From Acidobacteriota bacterium (GTDB lineage: Bacteria; Acidobacteriota; Thermoanaerobaculia; Multivoradales; J023): a DNA stretch of 64,000 nt. The notes beneath the pieces are model-generated. The model was not told where the DNA came from and ran no database searches. It saw only the letters and a list, made by a program, of their open reading frames with translations. Of the stretch, positions 46,730 through 56,686 are shown in pieces; the first letter of the stretch is position 1, and every line of letters starts with the position of its first letter. The position numbers and the translations under genes are program-made. Location of the stretch: the NCBI GenBank assembly GCA_029263395.1, contig JAJCXO010000162.1:8798-72797 (forward strand), in the 5' to 3' direction.

Positions 46730-46949
46730 TTGCAGGCCGGGAGATGTAGAGCTGTGAGTTATCGTCCCCGAGCTGCGGCGCTGTAGCGTAATTCATGAGA
46801 TGTTTTCCTTGTGCAAAGAGACCTGCCGGCTGGCCGTTCGCCGGCTGGCCGATCGCGGCCAACAAGCAACGCAGGGAAACCCCGTGCCCCCCTGTTCACC
46901 CCATCACGCGGAATCGGAACCGCAAAGGGAACATCCCCAGGCAATTTTT

Positions 46950-48945
46950 TTATCGCGGTGGGTTGCCCAACGAGCTCAACTCGGCGATGAGCTGATCGAG
47001 CCACGGCTCGACCACGCCGCGGGCACGACGACGGTCACGGATCAACCGCAGGTTGTCAGCCGTCGAAACGCCCTGCCAGGGCTCCGCCATCGTCACCAGC
47101 GCTTCGGCACAAGCGCTCGATGCCGCCGGACCGTCACCGCCGAGCACCGCCAGCTCGAGCGCCGTGGCATGCGCCCAATAGCCGGGTCGCTCAGCCCTCA
47201 GCTGCTGTTTGACCGCAAACTGCACCAAAGGCAAAAGCTCACGCTGGCGTTCCAGGGATTCCGCGGCACCCTTGATGTCGAGCAGGGTGAGCGCGTTGAT
47301 GCCGGCATAACCGTTGCGCCAATCGATCTCAAAACCTTGGATGTAGTTGGCGATTGCCTTGTCGAGGTAGCCGGTGGCCAGGATCGTCCGATCCTGCTGC
47401 TCGGCTTGGCGCCACAGATCTTTGTACGCTCGCCCCATCATGCCGCAGGTTTCGTGACTCGGCCCCACCTCTTGCAACAGCTGGTCGAGCATCCAGATCG
47501 CTTGCTGATGTTCACCTTGCCGATTGAGGGCAAAGGCGAGTTGCTGGCGAGCTGCCGGCAACTGACGCTGCCCCCGCGGTAAACGATCGTAGATCCGCAC
47601 CATGTCGTCCCAACTCTCGACCGCACGATAGGCCAGGAATAGCTCCATCGCGAGGTCGCCATCAACATCCTCGAGCGGGCCCATCTGGGTTTCGATGCCT
47701 TGTAGCTCAATGGCACTGCCGCGACCGCGGGCGCTCGTCAGCTCGCGGATCCACTCGGCCGGCGACCGACCACCCAGCGTCTCAGAGCCCTGCCACAGCA
47801 CGCCGTCCTCGAGCCGCATGAAGAGCATCGGCAAGCTCCAATCCGGCAGATCCGATGCCGTTAGATGGAGCTTTTGGCGGGCCTCGTTGACCGCGGCATC
47901 CACCCGTCCCCACAAGGCGAGATGGCGATAGAGATGCTCCGTAAAACACCCGGCAGCGTCGACAGGAAGGGCGCCAGAAGCCGCAATCGCCGCCGGTACC
48001 CCGCGCCGAACCAGTTGTGGCGCCAGACCGGAGAAGGGGCTGTCCCCGGCGGACGCCCCGCCGTGACAAGCCATCAGGGTGATCAGCCGCAGTGAAAGAT
48101 CTCCCTCGACGATCTCCGCCACCATCCGTTCGGGGACAAGCTCGACCTCACCCGTCGTCGTTTCCAACACCAAATGAGCACAACCCTCGGCGTCGATACC
48201 GCCATGACCCACCAGGTGCAGCACATGAAACCCGCCTTCCAACAGGCGATCACGAATCCGCACGACCGTCGCCGGGACCTCTAACATCTCGAACGACAGA
48301 TGAGGTGTCAGCGGCTCTAGGCTCGTGGTCAACGTTTTGTCGTATCGCCCCAGCATCCATTGCGGCGAGGCCGTAGGCTTCGAGATTCCGCGGCGCCGCA
48401 ACCACGACCAAAACCCGTGGTCGCTCGACCACCGCCGTCCCAGGTGCCAGCGGTACGCTCAGATATCGACTGAGGGTCACAGCGTGAGATCGCCCCAGAG
48501 ACCGGCCCTCGCGGGGATCGCGCAGCAGCTCCCACCGCAGTTGATGCAGCGGTTGCGGTGCCACCGGTGACAGATGCAAACGAACCCGCAGTACCCGCCC
48601 GCCGTTGCGCGCCAAGGTCAGCGCCTCTCGGTAGCCAGCGAGCAACTCGTCACCCTCGCGGAACAGCCCTTGGAAAAGCTGCGTACCGTAGGCGTCGAGA
48701 TCGAGGGCAACCCGCCTCAGCTCGCGGCGCAGACTCTCGCCGAGGTCCGGACGACCGAGGAATTCGCGTCCCGCCACCGACAACATGGCGTGATCGTCAG
48801 CGGTGAGGAGAATCTCACAGTCCAACGCCCGCCGGGAAGCCCGCCCCATGTCTCGAGAGCCGGGGTCACGCTGTGGCACAGTACGGTCTGGCACAGCACG
48901 GTCTGACACAGCACGGTCTGACACGGGATCGTGCGATCGGGTCAT
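46950..48945 (-). CDS. CHAT-domain (caspase-fold) protease with C-terminal helical repeat domain; reading frame apparently interrupted near 48250-48400
   Basis: The upstream part (ORF 48250..48945) carries CHAT N-terminal features (LHQLRWELLRD, RPRVLVVVAAP). The downstream part (ORF 46950..48401, a different frame) carries the His/Cys dyad contexts (VLHLVGHGG; LITLMACHGG). A ~270-aa alpha-helical C-terminal domain follows. The two ORFs overlap by ~150 nt. That is consistent with a frameshift or sequencing error in a single gene. Confidence 0.6.
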
Positions 48946-50969
48946 GGTTGTTTTGCCACCGAGAGCTTCCCCCCGTCGACGGGCAAACGCGCCGCTGGAT
49001 CCCCCAACACGATTGTGCTGCTGGCCTGATGATGCCTCAGCCAGGCATCGACCAGGGCATGGTCCGAAATCGGCGCACCAAAGCTCGCCTTGCGACGCAG
49101 GTCTTCAAGCTCGAGAGCCGCCGACGCCTGCTGGCCGATAAGCTCCCGCAGTGCATGCCCCACTGGCTGACCGTCGAGCAACGCGGTCAGGATCACTCGC
49201 CACCACCGGCGCTGATCCGACGCCAAGCTGGCATTAAACGTGGCAGCTCGGTCCACCATGCCAACAACCGCGAGCGCGCTGCCGCCGGGATGCGAAAGTA
49301 AGCGCTGAGGTAAACCCGCAACGAAGGCTTCGCCGTGATCTTGCGCCGGAGTCCCCGCTCCGAATGAGGATACGAAGAGCATCATCGAGTTCGCGAGGTT
49401 TGTGTCGGCGGGGACATCCCGAGCGGACAGAACGTGGTGCGGCTCAACCGGCCCGTTGCCAGGCCAGTCCTGGCAGATCAACGCCCCTTGACTCACCACC
49501 TGATCGTCATGCTCGGTCCGCCAACCGAGACCGTGGGCCGCCGCCAGCATCACCGTGGGTGCCGCGTTCGCTTCGGATAGGACCTCGATCAACCGGGAGC
49601 GGGTTGCCGCCGAACCCAGCAGGCGGACCACGTCGACCGTGCCCTGCTCCACCAACTCCGCAGCGAGGGGCTCGACGAACCCATCAACGTCCCGAGAGTC
49701 CTGCTCTCCACGACCGCGGGGCGCACGATCGCGCGGCGCAAAGAAAACTGCCCGCGGTTCAACCCATGACTCGTTCCGGACCTCTGACGCGATCACACTT
49801 TCGGCATACCGTCGATAGTCCTGGGGCTGCTCGAGGCTGATCCGTCCGACCGCGTACTGAACTTGCAGCGCACGTTGCAGCTCGAACGAAACTCGACGAG
49901 GCGACCCGACCAGCAGCAAAAAATACGGCACCTTCTCGGGTATCAGGCGATCACCGGCCGCCACCCCGTGGCGCGCCAGCCACTCCCGCCAATCTTCGCC
50001 CTCGCGGACTTCGAGGACTGCCACCGGCCCGCCGGCTTGGCGCCGATGTTCGATCAGTGGTGCAAGCGCTGCCCGCACCTCCGCGGGCTCCTCCGCATGG
50101 ACAACCAACGCCCAACCGGCTCGTTCGATCTCGACGCCTGAGATCCCGTCCGGCAGACTCAATGTTGGTTGAGTGCGCGCCCGATGCATCCGACGCAAAA
50201 GCTCGACGAGAAACCGATCCTGGACCTCGGCTTGGATCGTCCTAGCCGCCTCGGCCAGCAAAAAAGCGTTTATCAAGCGATCGCCGGTGACCGCGTCGAG
50301 TCCAGACCAGTGGATCGCGGTCTCGGTATCCAACACCGTGCTCTCCGACACCTCGCCAGCCTTACCCGTCTTGATGCTCTCGGTGCCAGCCGTCTCGGCA
50401 GTGGTCTCGGCGGTGCCAGCCGTCTCGGTGCCAGCCGTCTCGGCCTCTCCCCCGGCAATCGCCACCAAGGCATCTCGCGCTTCGGTAAGCTCTCGTACCA
50501 AATCCTCGTAAACACATTCACTCTCGATCTCATTTTCACTAGTGCTCAGATGGAGAGCATCCGCAGAGATCGCTTGCCGCTTGCGGTGAACACGATCCAG
50601 GTCCTCCGTTGCCAGTTGGCCGGTGCGTCGACGAGGATCGAAAACTGCTGCTGGCAGCCGAGCGCCGATCCGGCAGCGCACCGTGAGGACACCGCCATCC
50701 TGGCCTGAGATCGCGACATCGGCACTACCAACTTCGCGGTTGAGATCACCGGCAACCACTCGTAAAGATCCCTCCCCTTCGGGATCCGACTCAATGACGA
50801 CCCACTGAAGCCCGCAGTCGGCGGTCTGCTCAAAAACATACAGATCGCCAGGAACGGGTGCCGCTGCCTGCCGCTGTCCCTCTTCGAGAGCAACCCGAGT
50901 CTCTGTCAGGCGTTGGGCGGCATCTGCCGCACGCCGCCGAGCCTGCTCACGGAAGTCTGAGTTGTTCAC
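48942..50969 (-). CDS. Large protein with C-terminal gingipain/clostripain (C25/C11)-like caspase-fold domain; catalytic Cys position appears to be Ser
   Basis: 'KVPYFLLLVGSPRRV' leading strand. 'TVMLAAAHGLGW' is a His-Gly context. 'MMLFVSSFGAGT' sits where caspase-fold enzymes carry the nucleophilic Cys. The N-terminal ~165-aa domain is unassigned. A Thr/Ala/Glu low-complexity linker (ETAGTETAGTAETTAETAGTE) separates the two. The stop overlaps the CHAT gene start by 4 nt. Confidence 0.4.
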   Translation of the reverse strand: MNNSDFREQARRRAADAAQRLTETRVALEEGQRQAAAPVPGDLYVFEQTADCGLQWVVIESDPEGEGSLRVVAGDLNREVGSADVAISGQDGGVLTVRCRIGARLPAAVFDPRRRTGQLATEDLDRVHRKRQAISADALHLSTSENEIESECVYEDLVRELTEARDALVAIAGGEAETAGTETAGTAETTAETAGTESIKTGKAGEVSESTVLDTETAIHWSGLDAVTGDRLINAFLLAEAARTIQAEVQDRFLVELLRRMHRARTQPTLSLPDGISGVEIERAGWALVVHAEEPAEVRAALAPLIEHRRQAGGPVAVLEVREGEDWREWLARHGVAAGDRLIPEKVPYFLLLVGSPRRVSFELQRALQVQYAVGRISLEQPQDYRRYAESVIASEVRNESWVEPRAVFFAPRDRAPRGRGEQDSRDVDGFVEPLAAELVEQGTVDVVRLLGSAATRSRLIEVLSEANAAPTVMLAAAHGLGWRTEHDDQVVSQGALICQDWPGNGPVEPHHVLSARDVPADTNLANSMMLFVSSFGAGTPAQDHGEAFVAGLPQRLLSHPGGSALAVVGMVDRAATFNASLASDQRRWWRVILTALLDGQPVGHALRELIGQQASAALELEDLRRKASFGAPISDHALVDAWLRHHQASSTIVLGDPAARLPVDGGKLSVAKQP

Positions 50970-51475
50970 GATGATGGCTCCTCACCTGCTGCACTCGCCT
51001 CCCCTGATCCTCTAACCGCTGTGTCCTCGTCTTGGCGGTTTAGGCTGTGGGAACTCTCCCTTTCAGCCGTTCCGCCGAGGGTTGCCCGGCAACGCTCGAC
51101 CCAGCGTCGTAGGATGCTATCGAGCTCCCGGAAACGGTCGCGAGGAATCCCCAACAGCTTGGACAGCTGGCGTTGCCCAAGGCGTTGCCCTTCGTCCGTC
51201 GCCACTGTCGTTTTAAGATACTCCCACAACAGCTGAAGGTACCGTCGAGTGCGCTCCTTGGCACGGTGCTGATCGACACAACGCAACAGCTCGCCATAAG
51301 CCTGGCGCGTTTCGTAGTCGACCGCCGGAGCCACCATCGGGACGATCACCAGGTCTCCATCATCCGAGGCATCGTCAACAGCTGTCCCGCCACCATCCAC
51401 TACTCTTCGAGCACCTCCTCCGACGTGCTCCAGCTCGCCCCGACAAAACCGAGTCGCGACGCTGGCAGATGCCAC
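50966..51475 (-). CDS. Hypothetical protein with a possible HTH (…LGQRQLSKLLGIPRDRFRELDSILRRW…)
   Basis: The stop overlaps the start of the 675-aa gene by 4 nt. The true start may be the internal Met at 51337. Confidence 0.3.
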   Translation of the reverse strand: MASASVATRFCRGELEHVGGGARRVVDGGGTAVDDASDDGDLVIVPMVAPAVDYETRQAYGELLRCVDQHRAKERTRRYLQLLWEYLKTTVATDEGQRLGQRQLSKLLGIPRDRFRELDSILRRWVERCRATLGGTAERESSHSLNRQDEDTAVRGSGEASAAGEEPSS

Positions 51476-51606
51476 AACGAGCGCCGCTTCATTTCGGCCA
51501 CCAGAGCACCTCGAAACGACTTCCAGAAGCGCTCGTGAAGCTCGGTCGAAGGCTCGCGCCCCGACGCCAGGCAGCGCACATATTCAGTGAAGACCAGCTC
51601 AGCCAT
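51400..51606 (-). CDS. Small ORF (68 aa) of unknown function; uncertain
   Basis: It begins 22 nt after the mmsA stop. It overlaps the longest form of the next ORF. It may be real or an artefact. Confidence 0.2.
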   Translation of the reverse strand: MAELVFTEYVRCLASGREPSTELHERFWKSFRGALVAEMKRRSLWHLPASRLGFVGASWSTSEEVLEE

Positions 51607-51627
51607 GGCTCCACTCAGCGGTTGATC

Positions 51628-53079
51628 TCAGCCCCACCGCTCGACGACCACTTTCTCCTCGGTGTAAAACTGCACGGCATCTCGCCCCTGACCGTGGAGA
51701 TCGCCGAAGAAGCTCTGCTTCCAACCGCTGAACGGGAAAAACGCCATCGGCGCCGCAACACCGATGTTGATGCCAATGTTGCCGGCCTCGACTTCATAAC
51801 GAAACTGACGGGCGGCCGCGCCGCTGCCGGTGAAAAGACACGCCATATTGCCGAACGCACGGCGGTTGACGATCGCAATCGCTTCGTCGATGGTGGCGGC
51901 GTGGCTGACGCTCAACACCGGCCCAAAAACCTCGGTTGTCGCCACCGTGCTGTCGGCCGCAAGGTTGTCGAGCACCGTCGGTCGCAGGAAGTTGCCCTGT
52001 TCATAGCTGGCGATCCGTGCGTCGCGACCGTCAACCAATAGGCGGCCGCCGTCGCGCAGACCTTGATCGATCAACCCTTCGATCCGCGCCTTCGACTCGC
52101 CGGTAATCACCGGTCCCATTTCGGTACCGTCGTCCAAGCCATGGCCAACCCGTCGACTGCTGGCGGCGTCGACGATCGCCTCGGTGAAGGCTTCACGGTT
52201 GTCGCCGACAGTGATCGCTAGGGACGCAGCCAGACAGCGTTGACCGGCACAACCAAAAGCCGATTCGGCAATCATCGGGATCGCTTGCTCCAAGTCGGCA
52301 TCAGGCAGCACCACAATCGGGTTCTTGGCCCCACCCTGACACTGCACCCGTTTGCCGTTGGCGGCGGCGCGACGGTAAACCGCAGCAGCAACCGTCGACG
52401 AACCAACAAAACTCACCGCCCGGATGCCCGGATGGTCGAGGATCGCCTCAACCGTTGCCTTGGCGCCGTGAACCAATTGCGCTACCCCCGGCGGCAAGCC
52501 GGTTTTGGCAATCAACTCGAACAACCGCTGCATGGTCAACGGCACCTTCTCACTCGGTTTGAGGATGAAGGTGTTGCCACAGGCGATCGCGTAGGGCAGA
52601 AACCACAGCGGGATCATGCCGGGAAAGTTGAAGGGAGTAATCGCCGCCACCACCCCGACCGGCTGACGAATCATCATCTCGTCGATACCCCGGGCGATAT
52701 CTTCGTTGTTGTAACCCTGGATCAACGACGGCATGCCGCAGGCCACCTCGACATTTTCGATCCCGCGCTGAATCTCGCCTCGCGACTCCGCCAAGGTCTT
52801 GCCGCACTCCGTGGTCAGAATACGGGCCAGCTCTTCGTGCTCCTCTGCCAGCAGCTGCTTGAGTCGATACAAAGGCTGCACCCGCTCGGTCACCGGTGTA
52901 CGTCGCCAATCGACCAACGCCTCCGTCGCCCGCTGCACCGCGGTGTCCACTTCGGTGGTCGAAGACAACGGGACTTCCGCCAACGTCTCCGCCGTTGCGG
53001 GATCGTCGACCGCCAGGGTGTCCGCAGCTGTCGAGTGCTGCCATTGGCCGGCAATGAAGTTCGGAAGTTGCTCGGGCAT
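51628..53079 (-). CDS. mmsA: Methylmalonate-semialdehyde dehydrogenase (CoA-acylating), ALDH superfamily
   Basis: ALDH catalytic contexts ([10 protein letters not shown]; GQRCLA). MMSDH-type C-terminus '[35 protein letters not shown]'. Confidence 0.85.
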   Translation of the reverse strand: MPEQLPNFIAGQWQHSTAADTLAVDDPATAETLAEVPLSSTTEVDTAVQRATEALVDWRRTPVTERVQPLYRLKQLLAEEHEELARILTTECGKTLAESRGEIQRGIENVEVACGMPSLIQGYNNEDIARGIDEMMIRQPVGVVAAITPFNFPGMIPLWFLPYAIACGNTFILKPSEKVPLTMQRLFELIAKTGLPPGVAQLVHGAKATVEAILDHPGIRAVSFVGSSTVAAAVYRRAAANGKRVQCQGGAKNPIVVLPDADLEQAIPMIAESAFGCAGQRCLAASLAITVGDNREAFTEAIVDAASSRRVGHGLDDGTEMGPVITGESKARIEGLIDQGLRDGGRLLVDGRDARIASYEQGNFLRPTVLDNLAADSTVATTEVFGPVLSVSHAATIDEAIAIVNRRAFGNMACLFTGSGAAARQFRYEVEAGNIGINIGVAAPMAFFPFSGWKQSFFGDLHGQGRDAVQFYTEEKVVVERWG

Positions 53080-53198
53080 TCTGGGGCCTCGCTTCAGTTG
53101 TACAGCAGACGGTGACGCAGGACTACTTCTGGCAGGACGCGGATAGACGTCACCGAGTTTACAATCCCCGCTCTACCACGGACAGCTAAGGTCCAGCG

Positions 53199-54464
53199 CT
53201 AACTCTCGAACGGAACCGACTCCATGCCGACAATCGCCCCGGCGGAGAACTCCCAGATGCTGATCAAGCCGGTTTTCAGATCCCCGTTAGCATCCCAATC
53301 CATCGTGCTGCTGGCCCCGTCATAGTTGATGCTCTGTCCCGCACGGACAGCTTTCAGTGCAGCAGCGATAGTCTCTTGGCCAGGCTCGATGATCACCCCA
53401 TCGCCACCACAGACGGTGGTCAGCGCATCACGGATCAAGACACCGTCGATCGAGCCGGCGCGCTCAGCGGCCAGGCAAATACAGATCGCGATATCGAACG
53501 CGGCAGCCTCCAGACCCGTAACTGGCGGCTGATCATAGGCGGCTGAATAAAGGGCCGTGAATAGATCCTGAGTACCGGACGAGGTTAACGTCGGCACCGT
53601 GCCTTCAGCAGCGGTCCCCTTCATACCCTGCAAAACCTCGGCACCTACCGCGTCGACCAGATCGATGGAGGCAGTGCCATCGGTGAACAAAAACTGATCG
53701 AAGAGACCGTGCTCGACGGCTTGCTTCACATACCGTGCGGCTGCCGGTACAAACGTCATCGCGACCACTGCCTGGGCCCCAGCGTCGGCAGCCTGACGTA
53801 GCTCTTCGACGTAGGAATCACGTTCCGGGTCGATCGCGATACCTACCACCTCGCCAGGGAAGGCCGTCTGAAACGGCTGAAACAAATCTCGACCATAAGC
53901 GTCGTCGCGGTACAACACGGCAACCCGCTGAAAGCCGAGCCGAGTCGCCAAATCCGCCAGCACAGGCGCCTGCGCGGCATCCGAGGCGGTTGACCGAAAG
54001 AAGAATCCATCATCCGCGATATGACTCAATCGTGGCGAGGTTGCGGTCGGCGAGATGGTGGGAATACGTCGCTCAGCCGTCACCTGCTCGACAACAGCAA
54101 TTGCTGCGGCACTACCCAAAGGACCCACGATGGCGTGGACTCCGTCAGCCTCGATCAACTGCGTCGCCGCAGTGACCGTAACCTCCGTGTCGGTTGCGCC
54201 ATCGGCAAGCACCACCTCGACCGGTTGCCCCAACACCCCACCAGCCTGGTTGACCAGGTGCACCGCCAAACGCAATCCCGATTCGCCCGAGCGACCGAAT
54301 TCACCCAAAGCGCCGGTTTGATCGAAGAGCGCACCGAGCCTGAGAGCCGCTGACGAGCTCTGCGGCTCCACCTCCACAACCTCCTCGGCACAACCAGCAA
54401 CCACCAAGGCCAACAATACCAGCAAGATCCGGCGACCCGGCGACTGCAAACTACTTGTGAACAT
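53199..54464 (-). CDS. ABC transporter substrate-binding lipoprotein, branched-chain amino acid (LivK/LivJ) family
   Basis: Lipobox-like 'LVVAGC'. Type-I periplasmic binding fold segments (AIVGPLGSAAAIAVVEQ..., IPTISPTATSP). The start is chosen at the Met before the signal peptide. The ORF track begins at 54608. Confidence 0.8.
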   Translation of the reverse strand: MFTSSLQSPGRRILLVLLALVVAGCAEEVVEVEPQSSSAALRLGALFDQTGALGEFGRSGESGLRLAVHLVNQAGGVLGQPVEVVLADGATDTEVTVTAATQLIEADGVHAIVGPLGSAAAIAVVEQVTAERRIPTISPTATSPRLSHIADDGFFFRSTASDAAQAPVLADLATRLGFQRVAVLYRDDAYGRDLFQPFQTAFPGEVVGIAIDPERDSYVEELRQAADAGAQAVVAMTFVPAAARYVKQAVEHGLFDQFLFTDGTASIDLVDAVGAEVLQGMKGTAAEGTVPTLTSSGTQDLFTALYSAAYDQPPVTGLEAAAFDIAICICLAAERAGSIDGVLIRDALTTVCGGDGVIIEPGQETIAAALKAVRAGQSINYDGASSTMDWDANGDLKTGLISIWEFSAGAIVGMESVPFES

Positions 54465-54688
54465 CCCGGCATGGTATGCCAGCGCGCCCGTGGTTGGCGC
54501 TTCGGGAGACTTAGGGTCTACACAGGCGCCAAAAAGTGCTGACACAACGCTCAACCGAGAGTAGAGAAGGTGGCGCTTTCCAAGCGAGGCACCCGCTTCG
54601 AGAGTCATCGCTGCTGGACTGTAGGCTCTTCACAAGAACCCGGGCAGCCAAAAGGCCACCCGGGAAAAGACGGATCAACGACGACAAG

Positions 54689-55507
54689 TCAGCGAGTGCC
54701 TGATCCGGCACTTGACTCCTCAGGAGCGGTCTTGTCGGCCGCATCATCTTGATCCGTTGGCTCGTCGTCAGCCGCTGCACCGGATCCCGAACGGCGCTCC
54801 GACGGACGGACCCGCTCGGCGGCATCGTGCAGGCCGGCGATGTGTAACAAGCCTGCAACGGTCCGAGTGATGTAGAGGTAAGTCTGATCGTACGTCTCGA
54901 TCGCTTCGTTCTTCTCCAAACGGGTTGCTTCGGCCTGTTTGCGCGCCCCGGCGTGATCGGTGAGCACCCGGTCGAGCGTCTTGGCATCAGACGCCAGGCG
55001 CTCGGAAACCCGGGAGTGATCCACATCGAACCCTTCGACTGCCGGCAGCGCCACCTTCGGTTTGCCGAGGAAGTCCACCGTTTCCCGCACCTGCTTGAGT
55101 AGACCTGCCGGGTCACGCAGGGTGGGTCCCGCCACTCCGACCACCGTAAACCCACGAACACCTCCGTAGAGATTCTCCAAAGCGTGGCGGACTTGAACGA
55201 AGTTCCCGGCGAGATCGCTTGCAAGCTCGTCCCGCTGTCCAGCGAGTTCAACAACCCTGGCCAGCTGTCCCTGGTGGCCGGTGTTGACCCCCAACATGTG
55301 CTGGAACGCGCCCGCGAGCTCAACGTTGAGATCGGTGAAGACCCGTTGGTAATCGGCGGCGGGCGGCCCCTCTGGCACCGACGGATACTTGGCGCCGAGG
55401 ATACCGGCGGCTTCGTCACCGGTAGCCCTGATAGCTGCGGTGACCACATCGAACGACCTTCTCTTGGCGGCGAGTGTTCGATCCTGCGTTTTGACTGGTT
55501 TTTTCAT
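54689..55507 (-). CDS. Hypothetical protein (272 aa), no recognisable domain
   Basis: The start is chosen at 'MKKPVKTQ' (ATG 55507). It lies downstream, on the same strand, of the MTase/nuclease pair after a ~430-bp gap. Confidence 0.4.
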   Translation of the reverse strand: MKKPVKTQDRTLAAKRRSFDVVTAAIRATGDEAAGILGAKYPSVPEGPPAADYQRVFTDLNVELAGAFQHMLGVNTGHQGQLARVVELAGQRDELASDLAGNFVQVRHALENLYGGVRGFTVVGVAGPTLRDPAGLLKQVRETVDFLGKPKVALPAVEGFDVDHSRVSERLASDAKTLDRVLTDHAGARKQAEATRLEKNEAIETYDQTYLYITRTVAGLLHIAGLHDAAERVRPSERRSGSGAAADDEPTDQDDAADKTAPEESSAGSGTR

Positions 55508-55936
55508 GAGTCTGACTCCATGTGCTTTTTCGAGGGTACCGGACACCACCCACACGGCGGCGCTTTCGTCTCCCTCTACCCCTTCATGCACCTGCTGGAG
55601 GGATTTCGGTCATGGACGCCAGAATTTATTCTTACAGACCTGCAAGCAGTGCCCTCAACACCTCCGAGGACACCGATCCGATCTCCCATCGGTGCCGACG
55701 TGCGATCGACTCTCACTCACTAACTAGATCCCGTCCCGTTTTGCCATTTTCGGCTCGGTGAGGGAGATCTTGTGGAGCGAGCAAGCAGCGAGCATGTTTG
55801 AGCTTCGCACCTGTTCCCATCTCGTATCCGATAGCACCAAAAGGGCTTAGGCTTCTCGTAACAGATCCGGCGAGTTCTGGAGCGGCGGCGCAGCCCACAA
55901 GGCCGACCGAGCTCTCGGCATGTTGTTGGATGGGAT

Positions 55937-56686
55937 CTAACTACAGTCGTGCCAGAGATGATAGATACGAATATCAGTGGCGGCCCCTTTGTCAGCCACC
56001 CACGGAAAACCACGTTGATGTCGGCTGACATAGAGAGCTTCGGCTTTGCCACGCGCTTCCGCACCCCGGACCTCTAGTTGACGCGGAGGCTCGGTGGTTT
56101 TCAACTGTTCCAGTCGTTCAGCCTTGTTCATCTCAGGAATCAGATGCTGGGTTATGGTGCGGTCCCGTGTATAACCCAACATCAAGCTCTCTTGCATCGC
56201 CCATGCGTAGTCGCCGTCTACAAAACGAAGTAGCCCAAGTCCGCAATAGTGTTTGCCAACGGCGTGAGTCTTATCGATAGGCTTACATTCGACGAAGAGC
56301 GCATCGTGCACCGACAAAACTCGCGGGGTTTCTTCCTCGTCGCTGCAAAGCTTGAAGCAAAGATCTGGCGATTTCTTCAGCTTCTTGAGGGTGTAGTTTG
56401 CAACCTCGCCACCTCGGATCACTGTCTCGTACGTCCGGCAATTGAAACCACGAACGCTTCCCTTCTGACGCAGATCGTTCTCGACGATACCTCTCAATGC
56501 CGTCGTGATCTCGTCCTCCTTTTTGGTCGCCAACGAGCCTTGCTCGAGCAATAGTTCGAACGCACGCAGCAGCACACGGCGAATCAGGAGGATCACGGGC
56601 AGCTCAATGTGAGGATGCGGTAGATCATAGTCCTCGGGCGAAACGCCAAGGGCGAACAGCCCATCTACAGCCTGCTGACGGCTCAT
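55937..56686 (-). CDS. PD-(D/E)xK nuclease-superfamily protein (restriction-endonuclease-like)
   Basis: Motif 'SPDL…(x19)…HDALFVECKP' (D…ExK). The ATG at 56686 overlaps the MTase stop (ATGA), which indicates translational coupling. Confidence 0.55.
   Translation of the reverse strand: MSRQQAVDGLFALGVSPEDYDLPHPHIELPVILLIRRVLLRAFELLLEQGSLATKKEDEITTALRGIVENDLRQKGSVRGFNCRTYETVIRGGEVANYTLKKLKKSPDLCFKLCSDEEETPRVLSVHDALFVECKPIDKTHAVGKHYCGLGLLRFVDGDYAWAMQESLMLGYTRDRTITQHLIPEMNKAERLEQLKTTEPPRQLEVRGAEARGKAEALYVSRHQRGFPWVADKGAATDIRIYHLWHDCS

Noticed and set aside
45908-46786. 292-aa plus-strand ORF antisense to the NadK-like/sigma-4 gene
   Set aside because: It is an antisense ORF in high-GC DNA with a low-complexity Arg/Gly-rich translation. 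The minus-strand frame has recognisable domains. Similar artefactual antisense ORFs were ignored elsewhere (7525-8151, 8072-8575, 11668-12429, 27659-28444, 44131-44718, 52240-53115, 61743-62318).
48942-50969. Active cysteine protease call for the 675-aa protein
   Set aside because: The expected nucleophile position reads Ser (FVSSFGAG) rather than Cys. It is described only as caspase-fold-like, possibly a pseudo-protease or Ser variant.
50966-51606. Split ECF sigma factor (68-aa ORF = region 2, 169-aa ORF = region 4)
   Set aside because: Only a vague HTH-like segment is present. The hallmark region-2.2 'DLVQE' type motif is absent. The call was left as hypothetical.
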